Position numbers and translations under genes: made by a program
The notes under the pieces: generated by a model
What the model saw: the letters and a program-made list of their open reading frames with translations, nothing else
What the model was told of the DNA's origin: nothing
Databases searched by the model: none
Shown here: piece after piece, positions 39,950 to 51,958 of the stretch
How the letters are laid out: each line of letters begins with the position of its first letter
Position numbering within the stretch: the stretch's first letter is position 1
NCBI GenBank assembly: GCA_026026165.1
Contig: JAPEUD010000089.1
Span: forward strand, 1-64,000
DNA from: Sarea resinae
Lineage: Eukaryota
Direction: 5' to 3'
Length of the DNA: 64,000 bases

Positions 39950-41274
39950 CTATCCCCTTCCCAGCAGACTGACTGGAAGCCAGGAAGGCAGGCTTCTAGG
40001 TAGGGGGGGAAGAGTATAAGTATCCAAGTGAGCTGCTGTCTGAACAAAAAGCTGCCGGACGGTGAGTGTTGGGGCCAAGTTCGAGATTCGTGAAAAGCCG
40101 CGGAGACTATTCACACCACAAGAGAGCCCTGGAGGCTGCTGAGAAATTCAAAGAATCCCCAATGGAGATCAATTGTTCCTCACGGGGTCTCATGCAATCA
40201 TCGCCTGCGATGTGAGGAAGCTCCTTTGATCCCTTGATCGAGAATATGTGCCCTCGCGGAATTGCATTCGTTTCTTCTGCCTATCGTCAGATTTAATCTT
40301 TTCTCCAAGACACCAAGACACCAAGACACCACCACTACCACTCCGGAGTACTACTAGCGACGATGACTCCGATAATCGCAATCTTTACCCACTCCGGTCA
40401 CCGAGCCAATGATCAACAGACGCAACTCGAAATCCTTTTACCAGGATTAAAATCGCCATCTACAGACTTTTCAAGGCAACAGAGAAAGTGTTTTGCCTAA
40501 GGGATAATGATGGTGCTTGTTTTCCTCGGCCATCTTTCGCTCACAATGCCCCCCCGACATCAAAGTTTGCATTGGGACGACAAAAATCTATTCTGCTGCT
40601 GAGAGTACCGTACACTACCTCAGCGCACGCATGTAGAAACATGATGCTAGAAGTAGCGACACGTACTTTGTACCTTACCTGCATTATCACATTCCAGCAG
40701 CTTCTTCGGGCTATATCCGATCAGATGAAATCAATTTCCTCTCATTACAGAGGGAAGAAGTGCAATGAGTCAAACACTTTCCCCTCTCGATTCGTGTTAC
40801 AAGGCAAAGGGAGCAACACTGGAAAAGGTCATCGCCGTGTCATTATTATCAGGTCTGCATGGTAAAGAGGTAAAGCACGTATGCTCTAACGAGAGAGGAT
40901 ATAAGCCCAAGATCCGATGCGTATGCCGAACCCGTCCTCTTGGACCTGTCTCATCCTTCCCGGACAAAGCAATAGCCGTAGGTAGAGAAGACAAAGAGTA
41001 TCAGAACGTCCATAGGCTCGAACAAAGGAGATCAAAAAGAACAAGGAAAAAGAAATGAACTCCCCGAACGCTTCCCTTCGCCATACATAGAATGCTCTAG
41101 GCCATCTTTGATACAAAGCTGAGGGGGTTTCGGCCATCTTCGTGGCTGAGAACGCGAGACTTTTTGCAAGCGTACACGGCCGAATAACCCCCTCGAAGTC
41201 ATTTTCTCGCATCACGCTCCACCGTATCGTGACGGGGTTTCTTCACGTAGTTGTTAAGGTTGGAGTTCGTGCGT

Positions 41275-41831
41275 TTAGTGCTTCGTTGCGACCACTGTTT
41301 CGAAGCCAATTAACCCTTACACGGTCCCGAAAGATGAGGGGCTTTGGATAAGAGGTCACTCACCTGCAGGTACGATAATGACGACTAGCAAAAGTATGAT
41401 GCCAACGATGAGGCATATCCGCATCCTGACGTCTTTCCACCACATTTGCTTCCTCACCCTATTTGCGCCGCGCTTGAAACCCTGAGCGGAGACGGCAAGG
41501 TTGTCGGTCTTGTCTTGTAGCGTATCCAGGCGCTCTCCACGATCAGAGACCTTATTAATGTTGTCGCGCATGACACCGACAGTGTCATCGATTTGCTATT
41601 GAGGAAGCCCAGATCAGCCATCAGACCCAGAGAGCTCTTTCAAGTACGAAAAGAGCTGCGGCGTCTTCAGGGGCCACATCGTCCTTGTTCTTGAGAGCTG
41701 GAAGTGAATGAACCTACGTTTTGAAGGACTCGCATGCGATCATTGTTGGGAGAATGTGGTGAAGCACCCTCGCCGGCAGAGTTGCCAGACGGGATGTAGG
41801 GGTCATACGGCTGTTCTCTGTCTGCTGCCAT
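41275..41831 (-). CDS. SNC1: Synaptobrevin-like v-SNARE
   Basis: [50 protein letters not shown] plus C-terminal TM. Introns 41596-41717 and 41295-41363. Confidence 0.95.
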
Positions 41832-44007
41832 GGCTGCGATGGCTGCTGGCGCTGCGGCTGAACTGACAAAGAAGTAGGATCGAGGACTCGAGTATTTTGC
41901 GTCGTAAATTCGTGCAAGAGAGAGGCAGAGTCGGGGGTTCGGTGGTGCTATACGGTAAGACGGTTGAGATGAGGTCGCGAGAGATGATGAGAGTGAACTT
42001 GGAAAGTGACAGATCGATGGGCCGGGAAGGATGTGGCTTAGCGAGTGGTTTCTTTGGCTGGTTGGGAGAGTACGGAGTACGCAGTATGAAGTACTGCGGT
42101 AGAGGACGATGGTAGGAGGAGGAGAGCTGACCTCACTCTGGATGATTCGTCACTGTGTACTTCCATAGCTTTTCGCCTTCTCTGTCCGCAGCAAGCGATC
42201 GAGAGGTACGAGGTCCTTGGGGCCTCGGTCCCTACCGTACTACCACCCTCCCTACCTTACCTTGGGGAGGGAGCATTATGATCGAGCCGTGTTCTCCTGA
42301 CGGGGGGAGCCTGAAGCAGCATCATCTCGCACCTCTCTCGCTCTCCTTTCGGCCTTCCCAGTATGATATCAAATCCAGTGAAATACCCTATCAGGGCCAT
42401 CGACCGAGTGTTCCCCGATCTGACATTCCTTTGCTTCCGCAGTCAAGAGCGGGCGATGCGACATACTATGTACTTGATACTATCCGTACTCGCGCTGCGA
42501 CAACAGGGGCGAAGGTACTTCAGGATACCTACTCTGTCCTTGCCACCCTGACCGGCAGACTCGCGCAAGCCGACCACTACTCTCCAGAAGCCGCTGCTCT
42601 CCAGCCACAACCCGTGACTAGATGGCTGATGATGAAGGGGCAAGAACCACGGTCAGGATGTGCTACTACTATTCGTGTAGAAGTGCAGCAAGTGAAGCTG
42701 GATATGGGCACCCTCATGATACATTGGACCCCAATCATACGGAATACGATGCAAGCTCCTTTCGTATCGAACCGTCCCAAAATAGACCAGCGTCGTCACC
42801 GGGAGCACCTCCAGCAGAGTGGCCAAGGTACCTACACAGTAGGGACCTTGCATCGATTGATGTACCGACTACCACGGTACAGCCAGGTACCTAGACAGGC
42901 AGCGTTCGGAGTGAGACGTTTTGCGTTTGAATCGTCCCCGATAGGTTCGCTGCCCTGCCTCCAAGGTTCTTTGTTGCCATGAGGCCTTCAGAGGCGCATC
43001 CAGTCCCTCCAATCCATCCGATCTTCAAGCGCTCTCTCAAGCGCCCCTTCATATCTGTGACTGAGTGCTGAAACGTGTACAAAGGACCTGGTCTACTCGG
43101 CCTTCAGAGATACACTCGGAGTACACAGTACACAGTACACAGTACTCCATGGTCGGTCTCTATGGTACTCAGTGCCAAGGGCGTGCGCGGTTAGCCGGTA
43201 GTAGAGTAAAGTAGAGCAGGCGCTATGGCAACGAAAGGCCCCGCGGGCCAGTAGAAGTTCTAGCCGTGGTAGAGATGCCTCCATCGCTCTCGGCCCCTGG
43301 CGGACTGGCGGTACCTCTCGGTACGGGCGATCTAGTATCCTATTCATAGCGATCCATGGCCGCTCGCCCTCTTTCGCAGGTGCACGATACGACGTTACAG
43401 GAACCGGTACGGGCGAGGTGCGAGGTACGGAGTACACGCAATCTGCACTGCACCACCTTGGCACAGTACTCGTATTCTTCTCATCCCACCACTCACTCAT
43501 CATCACCACTCCACCACCGGGTACTACTTTCTTACGCCTTCTTTCTGTTCTTCTTCTTCTTCTGCTGCTGCTGCTGCTGCTGCTGCTTCTTCTTGTTTCC
43601 CACGCTCACCCTCCTTGCCTTTCGCCCTCACCTCTCTTCTCGTCTCCCACCTCGGACCTCTTTCTGCGGCAATCGAGATTCTTCGTTCACATTTCGATTT
43701 ACCTTTGCTTTGTTCGCGACGTGAGACCGTATTGAAAGGGCAGCCAGGCTCGCTTTGGTTGGATCGAATCAACAAACAGATCATTCTGACTGTCTCTTGT
43801 ACTACATGCAGTCGTTTGGCGCTTCTTCCACCATTACAAAGGACATCTCAACGAGCGAGGTCAACGCTGGACGTTGAAGTCGCTAACTCGCAGCCTTCAT
43901 CGGAATTGGGCTCTGTCCATCGACGAACTCTGTCGCATTCACCACTCAAACTTGAGAACCTCTGAAGACTACGCATTGCTCGTTACCCATTGAAGCGGGA
44001 TAAAAAC

Positions 44008-45500
44008 ATGAAGTTCAATGCAGGCTCGGCTTCTTTGCCGTCGTGGGCCGGTGTGCTTGGCGCGACGTTGCTTGGCGCCCAGCTGGGGGAAGCAATTTCG
44101 TTGAATCTGGATGATCCCAGCTCCATCAAGTCTGCCGCCAAGATCGTTGCCGACGGTATGATGAATTATTATAGTGGAAATAAGACTGGTGGCACCCCTG
44201 GAAATCTTCCCTCGCCTTACTACTGGTGGGAGGCTGGCGCAGCGTTCGGCGCACTGATCGACTACTGGTATTATACCGGTCACACCGAGTACAACGACGT
44301 CACTTCTCAAGCTTTGCTATTCCAAGTAGGCCCGGATAAGGATTACATGCCGCCTAACCAAACGAAGACAGAGGTACTGCTTTTCTAATGACAGCTTTTG
44401 GTCATGAGGCTAACGGGATCGTAGGGCAATGATGATCAAGGTTTCTGGGGGCTGGCAGCAATGTCTGCCGCAGAAAACAAATTTCCAGACCCTCCGGAAG
44501 ATGAGCCGCAATGGCTGGCGCTAGCACAGGCCGTGTTCAACTCACAGGCTCTCCGCTGGGACAACACCACGTGCGGAGGAGGCTTGAGATGGCAAATCTT
44601 TACCTTCAATACAGGATACAACTACAAGAACAGCATCTCAAACGGATGTTTTTTCAACCTAGCCGCTCGACTAGCCAAATATACGGGCAACGATACTTAT
44701 ACGGATTGGGCTGAGAGAACTTGGGACTGGGTAACATCAGTGGGTCTCATCGACCACAACTACTACATTTACGATGGCTCGGACGACACCATGAACTGCA
44801 GCCAGGTTGATCATCTTCAATGGACGTATAATGCCGGCGTCTACCTCTTGGGCGCCGCTGCAATGTACAATTACGTAAGCACCCTAAATACGCTCGTCTG
44901 CCCTCTATCGCTAACGCAGAGCAGACTGGTTCAGACGTGTGGAAGGAGCGCGTCAATGGTCTCCTGAATGCTACAGACGTATTCTTCTCTCCCACAGTCA
45001 CCAATGTCATGTATGAGGTTGCTTGCGAGCCTGGAAACACTTGCGATACCGATCAGAAGTCTTTCAAAGCCTACCTTGCTCGATGGATGGCGGCAACGAC
45101 AAAACTAGCGCCATGGACCTACGACACAATCATGCCCAAACTCGCGGCATCGGCATCGGCCGCAGCTGAGCAGTGCTCCGGAGGTACTGATGGAGTGACT
45201 TGCGGACTGCAGTGGACCAAGGGGTCGACATGGGATGGAACTTACGGTGTCGGCCAACAGATGAGCGCTTTGGAGGTTATTCAGTCCAACCTGATCGCCA
45301 GCGCCGCAAGCCCGGTCACCAACAAAACCGGTGGTACCAGTAAAGGTAACCCGTCCGCTGGCACAGGGGGAGACAGCAGCAGCAGCAACCCTAGCACTCA
45401 TACTTCGACAACTACTACCGGTGACAAGGTTGGTGCCGGATTTCTTACGTCTTTTGTTTTGCTCGGTGTGCTAGGCGGAGCATGGTGGATGATATCATAG
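44008..45500 (+). CDS. DCW1: GH76 mannan endo-1,6-alpha-mannosidase/transglycosylase, predicted GPI-anchored (Dcw1/Dfg5 family)
   Basis: Signal peptide; [56 protein letters not shown]-rich stalk and hydrophobic tail. Introns 44374-44424 and 44875-44924. DCW1 versus DFG5 not resolved. Confidence 0.92.
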
Positions 45501-47505
45501 GGGGCGATAACGGTTTCTGCGTTCTCCCCTTCGTCTGCATGTCTGGAAAATTCGGGGTCTCTGGCGGATGGTGTTTTTCGGTGTCGACCGTGGTCATTTG
45601 GTGCGTCGTTATTATCCGGCTGTGTGATTTACTGACTATACATGCGCCTGGCTCACGGGGTGTATACTTTATTGCACGTTTTGTGGGGCGTTGTCGTGTC
45701 TCTCCAACCGTGTACCTACGGTCAGCAATTACAGAAGATAATTTATTTCCTGCTCTTGTCCAGTTTTCCCGCCGTTACGCGCGAGTCCTTCCTCCCCATT
45801 GACGTCCTGTCGTCTTTTCTTGTCGTCGGAACCAAATTTGTCACGCCAGTTCGAAGAACTCTCCACTTCGCTCTCGGCCCTCAACGAGTTCCAAGATCAA
45901 TCATCTTGACGGCGTGCATTAACAATCGTTGCGAAGTCGATACGGTCTTTGCCAACTCATGATGGCCGCTGACATTCTCTCTTTCTGTTCCTAGCCCCAG
46001 AGCAGTTCCACTTCTACCCATAAGACGGGCGATGCGAACGCGTCTTCGATCCAGCTGGTCTGGATAGCTTTCGTCTTCACCCTTGCGACTTTCGTTGAAA
46101 GCCGGGCTTCGTAGGCGCCTTTCCCCCACACGTGTCGAACTGATCGTGCCGGTCACTCAAGATCTTCGACTCTCTCGATCTTTGAAATCGATTTCCGGCC
46201 GTCGCCGCTGGCTTCCGTTTTGATGGGCGGCCCGGGCGGGCAACTGGTCGTATTTGGCGAGCGCAGGCGCTCTCGTTTTCCGATGTCGATGGTATCCGCA
46301 TACTAAGCCAACATGAAGCGTCTCCTTTGCAGTTCTTGAGCGTGGTCACGATTGAAGCGTTTTCCTTGACATCATTCATCCAATTCGAAAAAAAATGGTT
46401 ACAAGCTTTAGCAAGTCATTTTTTTTCTAGCATCAAACACTAGTCTGCATCAATAATTTCTTTTGTCGAGCGAGCATTGTTTGGCATACGCATTTCTATA
46501 TACATGAGTCTCATTGAGTTGCACTCAGCATTTTCGAACGTACGAAGTACATATATATCCGGCAGAGACATGCCAGCATACATGAGAGCCTTCGGCATGT
46601 TCAAGGTCAGCGATATTGGATTTCGATCGGGGATGATTATACACGTAGAATCACGAGCGAATGTGGGTTCGTGCAGAGATGAAGCGCAGGTCACTCACTG
46701 GTCAGAGAGTCACCTCGTCCTCGTCGAATATGCCGTATCGAGTATCCGTAGGGGGTGGGGTCTGATGGCGACAGGTGGACCCCACCACCCGCCTGCATCA
46801 TTGCCAGAGCTTCCTTTCGTCTCGATGGTTTCCCCGCATCTCCACATGTCTGCATCTCTCCTCGTCGACCGTCGTGTTGGTGATGTCTCGATCGATACAT
46901 TTCCCCGCAATTGATCTCCTCCGGAGTAGGCACGCGGAACCATGTAATACGGGATCGGCACGGGTACGTGCATGGGTTGCCATATGGCCATGTTATCACT
47001 GCCGGAGATGACTGATGATTGGTGATGCGAGGAGCCGGCCATCTGCCGGTTGATCATCTTGAGCGTCATTGTTTTGTTTTGTGATCGTGCACGTTTACTC
47101 CGTACAGTGCTCGAGATGATACCCGAGCGCATCCCGACCGAACCAACATGGACGGTACGATTTGATGCCCGAGGCAACTCTAATTCTCATCGTCTCTGGG
47201 CTCCCCGTTGGGATTTCCGCTGCTACTGCGGGCTCCCCACTCACTAACCCCTCCACTAACTCAACCCCCTAACGCTCGACCGTCTTCGCCCTCCATGGTC
47301 GGCTACGGTCACTGACTAAATCAATGACTACTGCTTTAGCCCACAGATTGCTATCTCCGGGGCCTAGGTCCGTCCGCATTAAATACTGCGCTCGTGGATC
47401 GCGTCATTGCTCTCTCAATCCAAGGACTCTTTTTCTGCTCTCCCCTTCCAGCAGAGAGTTGTTCATCGAAAATAGGGGATCGCAAGATAGCTTGGCCAAA
47501 CCAAT

Positions 47506-49131
47506 ATGGCGGACCAGGATGCCGATGCCGTCGCCAGTGGCACCTCGAATGGCGAGAAAAATGACATTGTCATTCCTCTCCAGATAGGCGGCGAAGAGGT
47601 CGTGACAGAGACGAGTTTTGAGCTGGAGAGTCCTTCAACACACAAGCCCATCTGGCGCGCCTCGACCGCCTCCAAGGCCGACGCCGTGCGGGCGGCAGAA
47701 GCTGCTCAAGCTGCCTTTCCAGCATGGTCCCAGATGAATTTCTGCCAACGAAGAGACGTCTTCCTCCGCGCCGCCGACATCCTCGAACGAAGGGCCGATG
47801 AATTGGCCGATTACATGAAGACGGAGACGGGCGCTGAGGATTTCTTCAGCAAGTTCAACACGAATCTCAGCGTGCAGCTGCTCAAGGACGCGGGCAGTCG
47901 AATCTCCAGCATTCAGGGTTCGATGCCGATGTGCATGGAGGATGGGTCGTCGGCTCTGGTTTACAAGGAGCCGTACGGTGTCGTACTGGGCATTGCACCC
48001 TGGTGGGACCACCTTCTGTGAATCGGCAAGGCATCAGACTCTAATATCATACGTATAGGAACGCGCCCTACATCCTCGGCTTTCGATCAGTCATCTACGC
48101 CCTGGCCGCAGGCAACAGCACCATCCTCAAAGGCTCCGAGCTAGCACCCCGCTGCTTCTGGGCCATTGGCTCCGTCTTCGCCGAGGCCGGCCTGCCCAAG
48201 GGCGCGCTGAACGTACTAATCCACACGCGCGAGAACGCGGCCGAGATCACGACCGCGCTGATCGAGCATCCTGCCATCCAGAAGATCAATTTCACCGGCA
48301 GCACCGCCGTGGGCCGGATCGTCGCCGAGACCGCCGGAAGGAATCTCAAGCCGGTCTTGTTGGAGCTGGGCGGCAAAGCCAGCGCAATCGTGCTACCGGA
48401 CGCCGATCTCGACAAGGCGGCCGAGGCATGTGCCCTGGGCGCCTTCATCCATGTAAGTGTTTTTTTCCTTACGGAGATTGTCCCACGGGCCGCTGACAGC
48501 AGCACCATTACAACAGGGCGGCCAAGTCTGCATGTCCACGGAACGGATAATCGTGCACGCCTCGATCCAGGAACAGTTCCGCACCGCGCTCCTCGCCGCG
48601 GTCGAACGCACGTCCCCGCCCAACAACGGCCCGCACACGCTGATCAACCCATCGGCGGTGCAGAAGAACCACTCGCTCATCTCGCACGCCCTCTCGCACG
48701 GCGCCGACCTGATCCACCCGCCGTCGCAGACGCACCCGACGCCGCACGCGTCGCCGACGCGCATGCACCCGACCGTGGTCCAGAACGTCACCGCGACCAT
48801 GAACATCTACCACACGGAGTCCTTCGGGCCGTCGGTGTCGCTGCTGACGGCGTCGTCGGAGGCGCACGCCGTCGCGCTGGCCAACGACACCGACTACGGG
48901 CTCACGGCGGCCGTGTACACGCGCGATCTCGGCACGGGCCTGCGCGTGGCGCGCCGCATCGACGCCGGCGCCGTGCACGTCAACTGCGGCACCGGCACCA
49001 TCCACGACGAGCCGTGCCTGCCGCACGGCGGGGTCAAGGGCAGTGGCTTCGGCCGGTTCAACGGCATGGTCGGCCTGGACGAGTTTCTCCGGAGCAAGAC
49101 GGTCACTTTTCGGGGCTGGGAAACCGAATAG
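47506..49131 (+). CDS. Aldehyde dehydrogenase (salicylaldehyde/vanillin dehydrogenase-like)
   Basis: EPYGVVLGIAPW|NAP, FTGSTAVG, LELGGK, GQVCMSTER (catalytic Cys), ESFGP, GGVKGSGFGRF. Introns 48003-48058 and 48453-48516. Confidence 0.92.
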
Positions 49132-50300
49132 CGCATTGGAGTTTACGGGGAGAGAAGAAAACTATATATATCAGAACCTCACCGAATGGATGACTGGTAG
49201 GAGAAAAGAAAAGAAAAGAAATCTCACATACACATATACCGGAAACCTCTCCCCAAGGGAATGACTTGATTGATTAATTAATAAACAGATAGTAGACATC
49301 CAGGCCCTGAAACAGGTCCCCCCCCCCCCCCCTAAACAGTGCCCCTAAAAGAGCCGCCCCCCCTCTAAAAACACCCAAGTCCTACTTGCTACCTACCTAC
49401 CTACCTACCTACCTACCTACCTACTACACACCTAGTCTAGTCTAGTCTCGGTACTATATATATAAAAAAGAGAAAGAAAAGAGAGAGAGAAGAAAAAAAA
49501 AGAAAGAGATAGAAGAGAGAGGTAGAGTAGTGTAGAGTAGTGTAGGCCAATACATAAAACATAGAACAAGAGTTACTAAGGCAAGTAGGTTATATTAGTA
49601 GTAAGTAGTTTGTTTTAGATAGTGTAGGTAAGGTATATAGAGAGAACAGGTTAGCCTAGGTACTGTAGGTAGGTAGGTAGGTAGGTAGGTAGGTAGGTAG
49701 GTAGGTAGGTAGTATTGACTAGACTCTGTGATAGGAAATAATTAATGGTGATAGCAATAGCGATAGAGATTGTATAGAGATAGAAAAAAGTATAGAGATC
49801 AAAAAAGGATAGAGATAAGAGAGCTAAGGTAGTTGGAAATACTAGGAGGACGTTGATTAGAAATGCTAGTCGTTTTCTTTGAGGCTAGTGACACTACTAC
49901 TGTTTCTACTCCTACTACTACTAATAAGGATCAGGATGGTGATAACAGACCCAAGGAGGGAAATGCGAATGAGAACACATAGATCAGGTAGAGGAACAAG
50001 TTAGGATCTTACTCGTCTTATCGTTCCTTCTTGTCTTCTTCTCTTCTTGTCTTTTCCTCTTCTTGTCTTTCCTTCTTCCCTTCTTTCTCTTCTCCCCTTC
50101 TTTCTCTTCTCCCCTTCTTTCTCTTCTCCCCTTCTTTCTCTTCTCCCCTCTCTAGTATCCCCCCTGCCACTGCCACTGCCATGTTGATCCACCTACTGAC
50201 ATCAAGCCCAATATCCTGGCCTCTCCCTGGCCTCTTCCTCTTTCCCGACCGAGTCCGCCTCGGCTTCTTCTTCCACTTCCGCTTGTATTCGTCTTGCCCA
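49132..50300. repeat. Simple-repeat/TpA-rich spacer between convergent ALDH and Myb gene A
   Basis: Poly-C about 49317-49332, (CTAC)n 49389-49424, (GTAG)n 49665-49712, polypyrimidine tract about 50020-50155. Confidence 0.9.
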
Positions 50301-50764
50301 TAACCAAGTCGCCGGCGCATTGCTTCCGAGGCTCTATGGACCAACGTGTAGGATACCACGTGAAGACTTGTGAACTTCAGTACCTGCATCCTCCATCGAG
50401 CGGCCGTCTTATTCTTTGGCCTGTATTAAAACCGGTAGAAGTAGATGCAACCTCAGTCGATTCTTTGGGTGCTTCGACGCGTACGAAGGAGCAAGATCGC
50501 GGGAAGGGATGGACGAATTGGTAACCAAGATCGCTGCTTGGATGATGAACGACAGACGGCTCAGTCGAGAGGCCAGAAGAAGCTGACTGAGAGACACCTG
50601 TTGCGGAAGCCGTTCAGCTGGACTGGCCAATTCTCGAGGTCGTGATATCGTCGTCACGCGCCGTCACGCGTCGCCACGCGTTGTAGCTGGGTGGAGCTGG
50701 AAGAGAAAGAAGATGCCCTAGCGTGGATCCATGCTGCCGTCGAATCCGACAACGCACCACCAAT

Positions 50765-51776
50765 CTACAGGTCCGTCGCCTTCTCTCTGCAGGCAGCAGG
50801 CGAAAAGCCATTGCCAACCTTCGCAGCCACCAGACGCCAGCGGTCATTCTCATATTCCTGAATCGCCTCGCGCAGCCGCTGAATCTACAAGTCACCAATC
50901 GTCAGCCCAAACGCAATCATTCCTACGAGACTCCACTGGGGCTTCAACAAAAAAAAAACATACCATGTCATCCGTCCACACCGTCGTTTTAGCTTTCAAT
51001 TTGGTGCAGTATCGGACTTGCAACGTGCCCGAGGATCGACCGGGAAAGAAATCCGCGATTTGCTTCCATGTCAATGAGCGATTCTCTTTCAAATCTACCA
51101 ACAGTTGGTCGTCTTCGGCGGTGAATTTCAGCTTCGGGCCCCGCGGTCGTGGAGCGGGCGGCGGCATGCCCGCCTGGCCTACGACGCTGGGAGGGCCGAC
51201 CGAGGCAGCAGAGGGCGACGAGGTCAGATCGCCTGAGCCACGTCGAGCTATCTTGGTCGGAGGACCCTGCGAAGGGAGCTTGTGGTGATGGTGTGCTTGA
51301 GGGGCTTGCTGTGATTGCTGTGATGGCTGCGACTGCTGGTATGAAGCGAAACCTGGATGCTGTCGCCGGGTCCGCGCGTTCAATGGAGTGGTCCCCAGCG
51401 ATCCTCCCTCTTCGTCTTCCTCGTCTTCCTCCTCGTTCCCGCCGCCCTGGAGGGATGATATGTCGAGTCCGAGATCATGAGCTCGTCGTTTCGATGGCTG
51501 TCCATAAGCTACAGGCAGGCCGTGCGAACTGCCGTACGGGGAAGGCTGGGATTGCTGCTGGAGTAAAAGAGGTTGGTGCTGAAGATCAAGGTCCACAGCT
51601 TGTGCCAATGGACGCTGAACTCCCTGTTGTTGGATCCCTCGAGACTGATGTTGGTACGGATTCTGGCCGCGCTGGACGGCCCGATGGTAGGGGTCATAAG
51701 CCTGTTGGTTCTGCTGGTCTTCTGGGTGCGACTGCGCGGGAAAATGGTGGGCGTAATCTTGGTAGTGACCTGCCAG
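50765..51776 (-). CDS. Myb/SANT-like DNA-binding protein A (two repeats; start codon unresolved)
   Basis: LKFTAEDDQLLVDLKENRSLTWKQIADFFPGRSSGTLQVRYCTKLK..WTDDM|IQRLREAIQEYENDRWRLVAAKVG; intron 50885-50963; Q/H-rich N-terminus. The end coordinate is a candidate CTG; the first in-frame ATG is 51167. Confidence 0.8.
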
Positions 51777-51951
51777 CGTCGCGGTTGCGCATGTTTCTGC
51801 CAGAGCTCGTCTGCTCTGGCAGATTGCTAAATCTAGGTTGAGATGAAGAAGGAAAAGAAAGCAAAGAGGGCCGTGATGTGAATGAGCGCTATGTTCGACA
51901 CCGAATGGAGGCTCAAGGCGATGCTGCTATGAGGCACGAACATGTAAGACC

Positions 51952-51958
51952 TGACTCA
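51952..51958. promoter_or_regulatory. TGACTCA bZIP site (Gcn4/CpcA/AP-1 consensus)
   Basis: Perfect TGACTCA within CTGACTCAG, just upstream of Myb gene A. Confidence 0.35.

Noticed and set aside
40364..40369. TGACTC as a CpcA site for ARG5,6
   Set aside because: Biologically plausible but only a single imperfect hexamer, which is expected by chance.
42155..42982. 275-aa ORF in the SNC1/DCW1 divergent spacer
   Set aside because: GTG start, no recognisable domain, promoter-like GTAC-rich context; not excluded, but unsupported.
47243..47275. Telomere-like CTAACCC units (also near 36478)
   Set aside because: Only one or two degenerate units; no tandem TTAGGG array.
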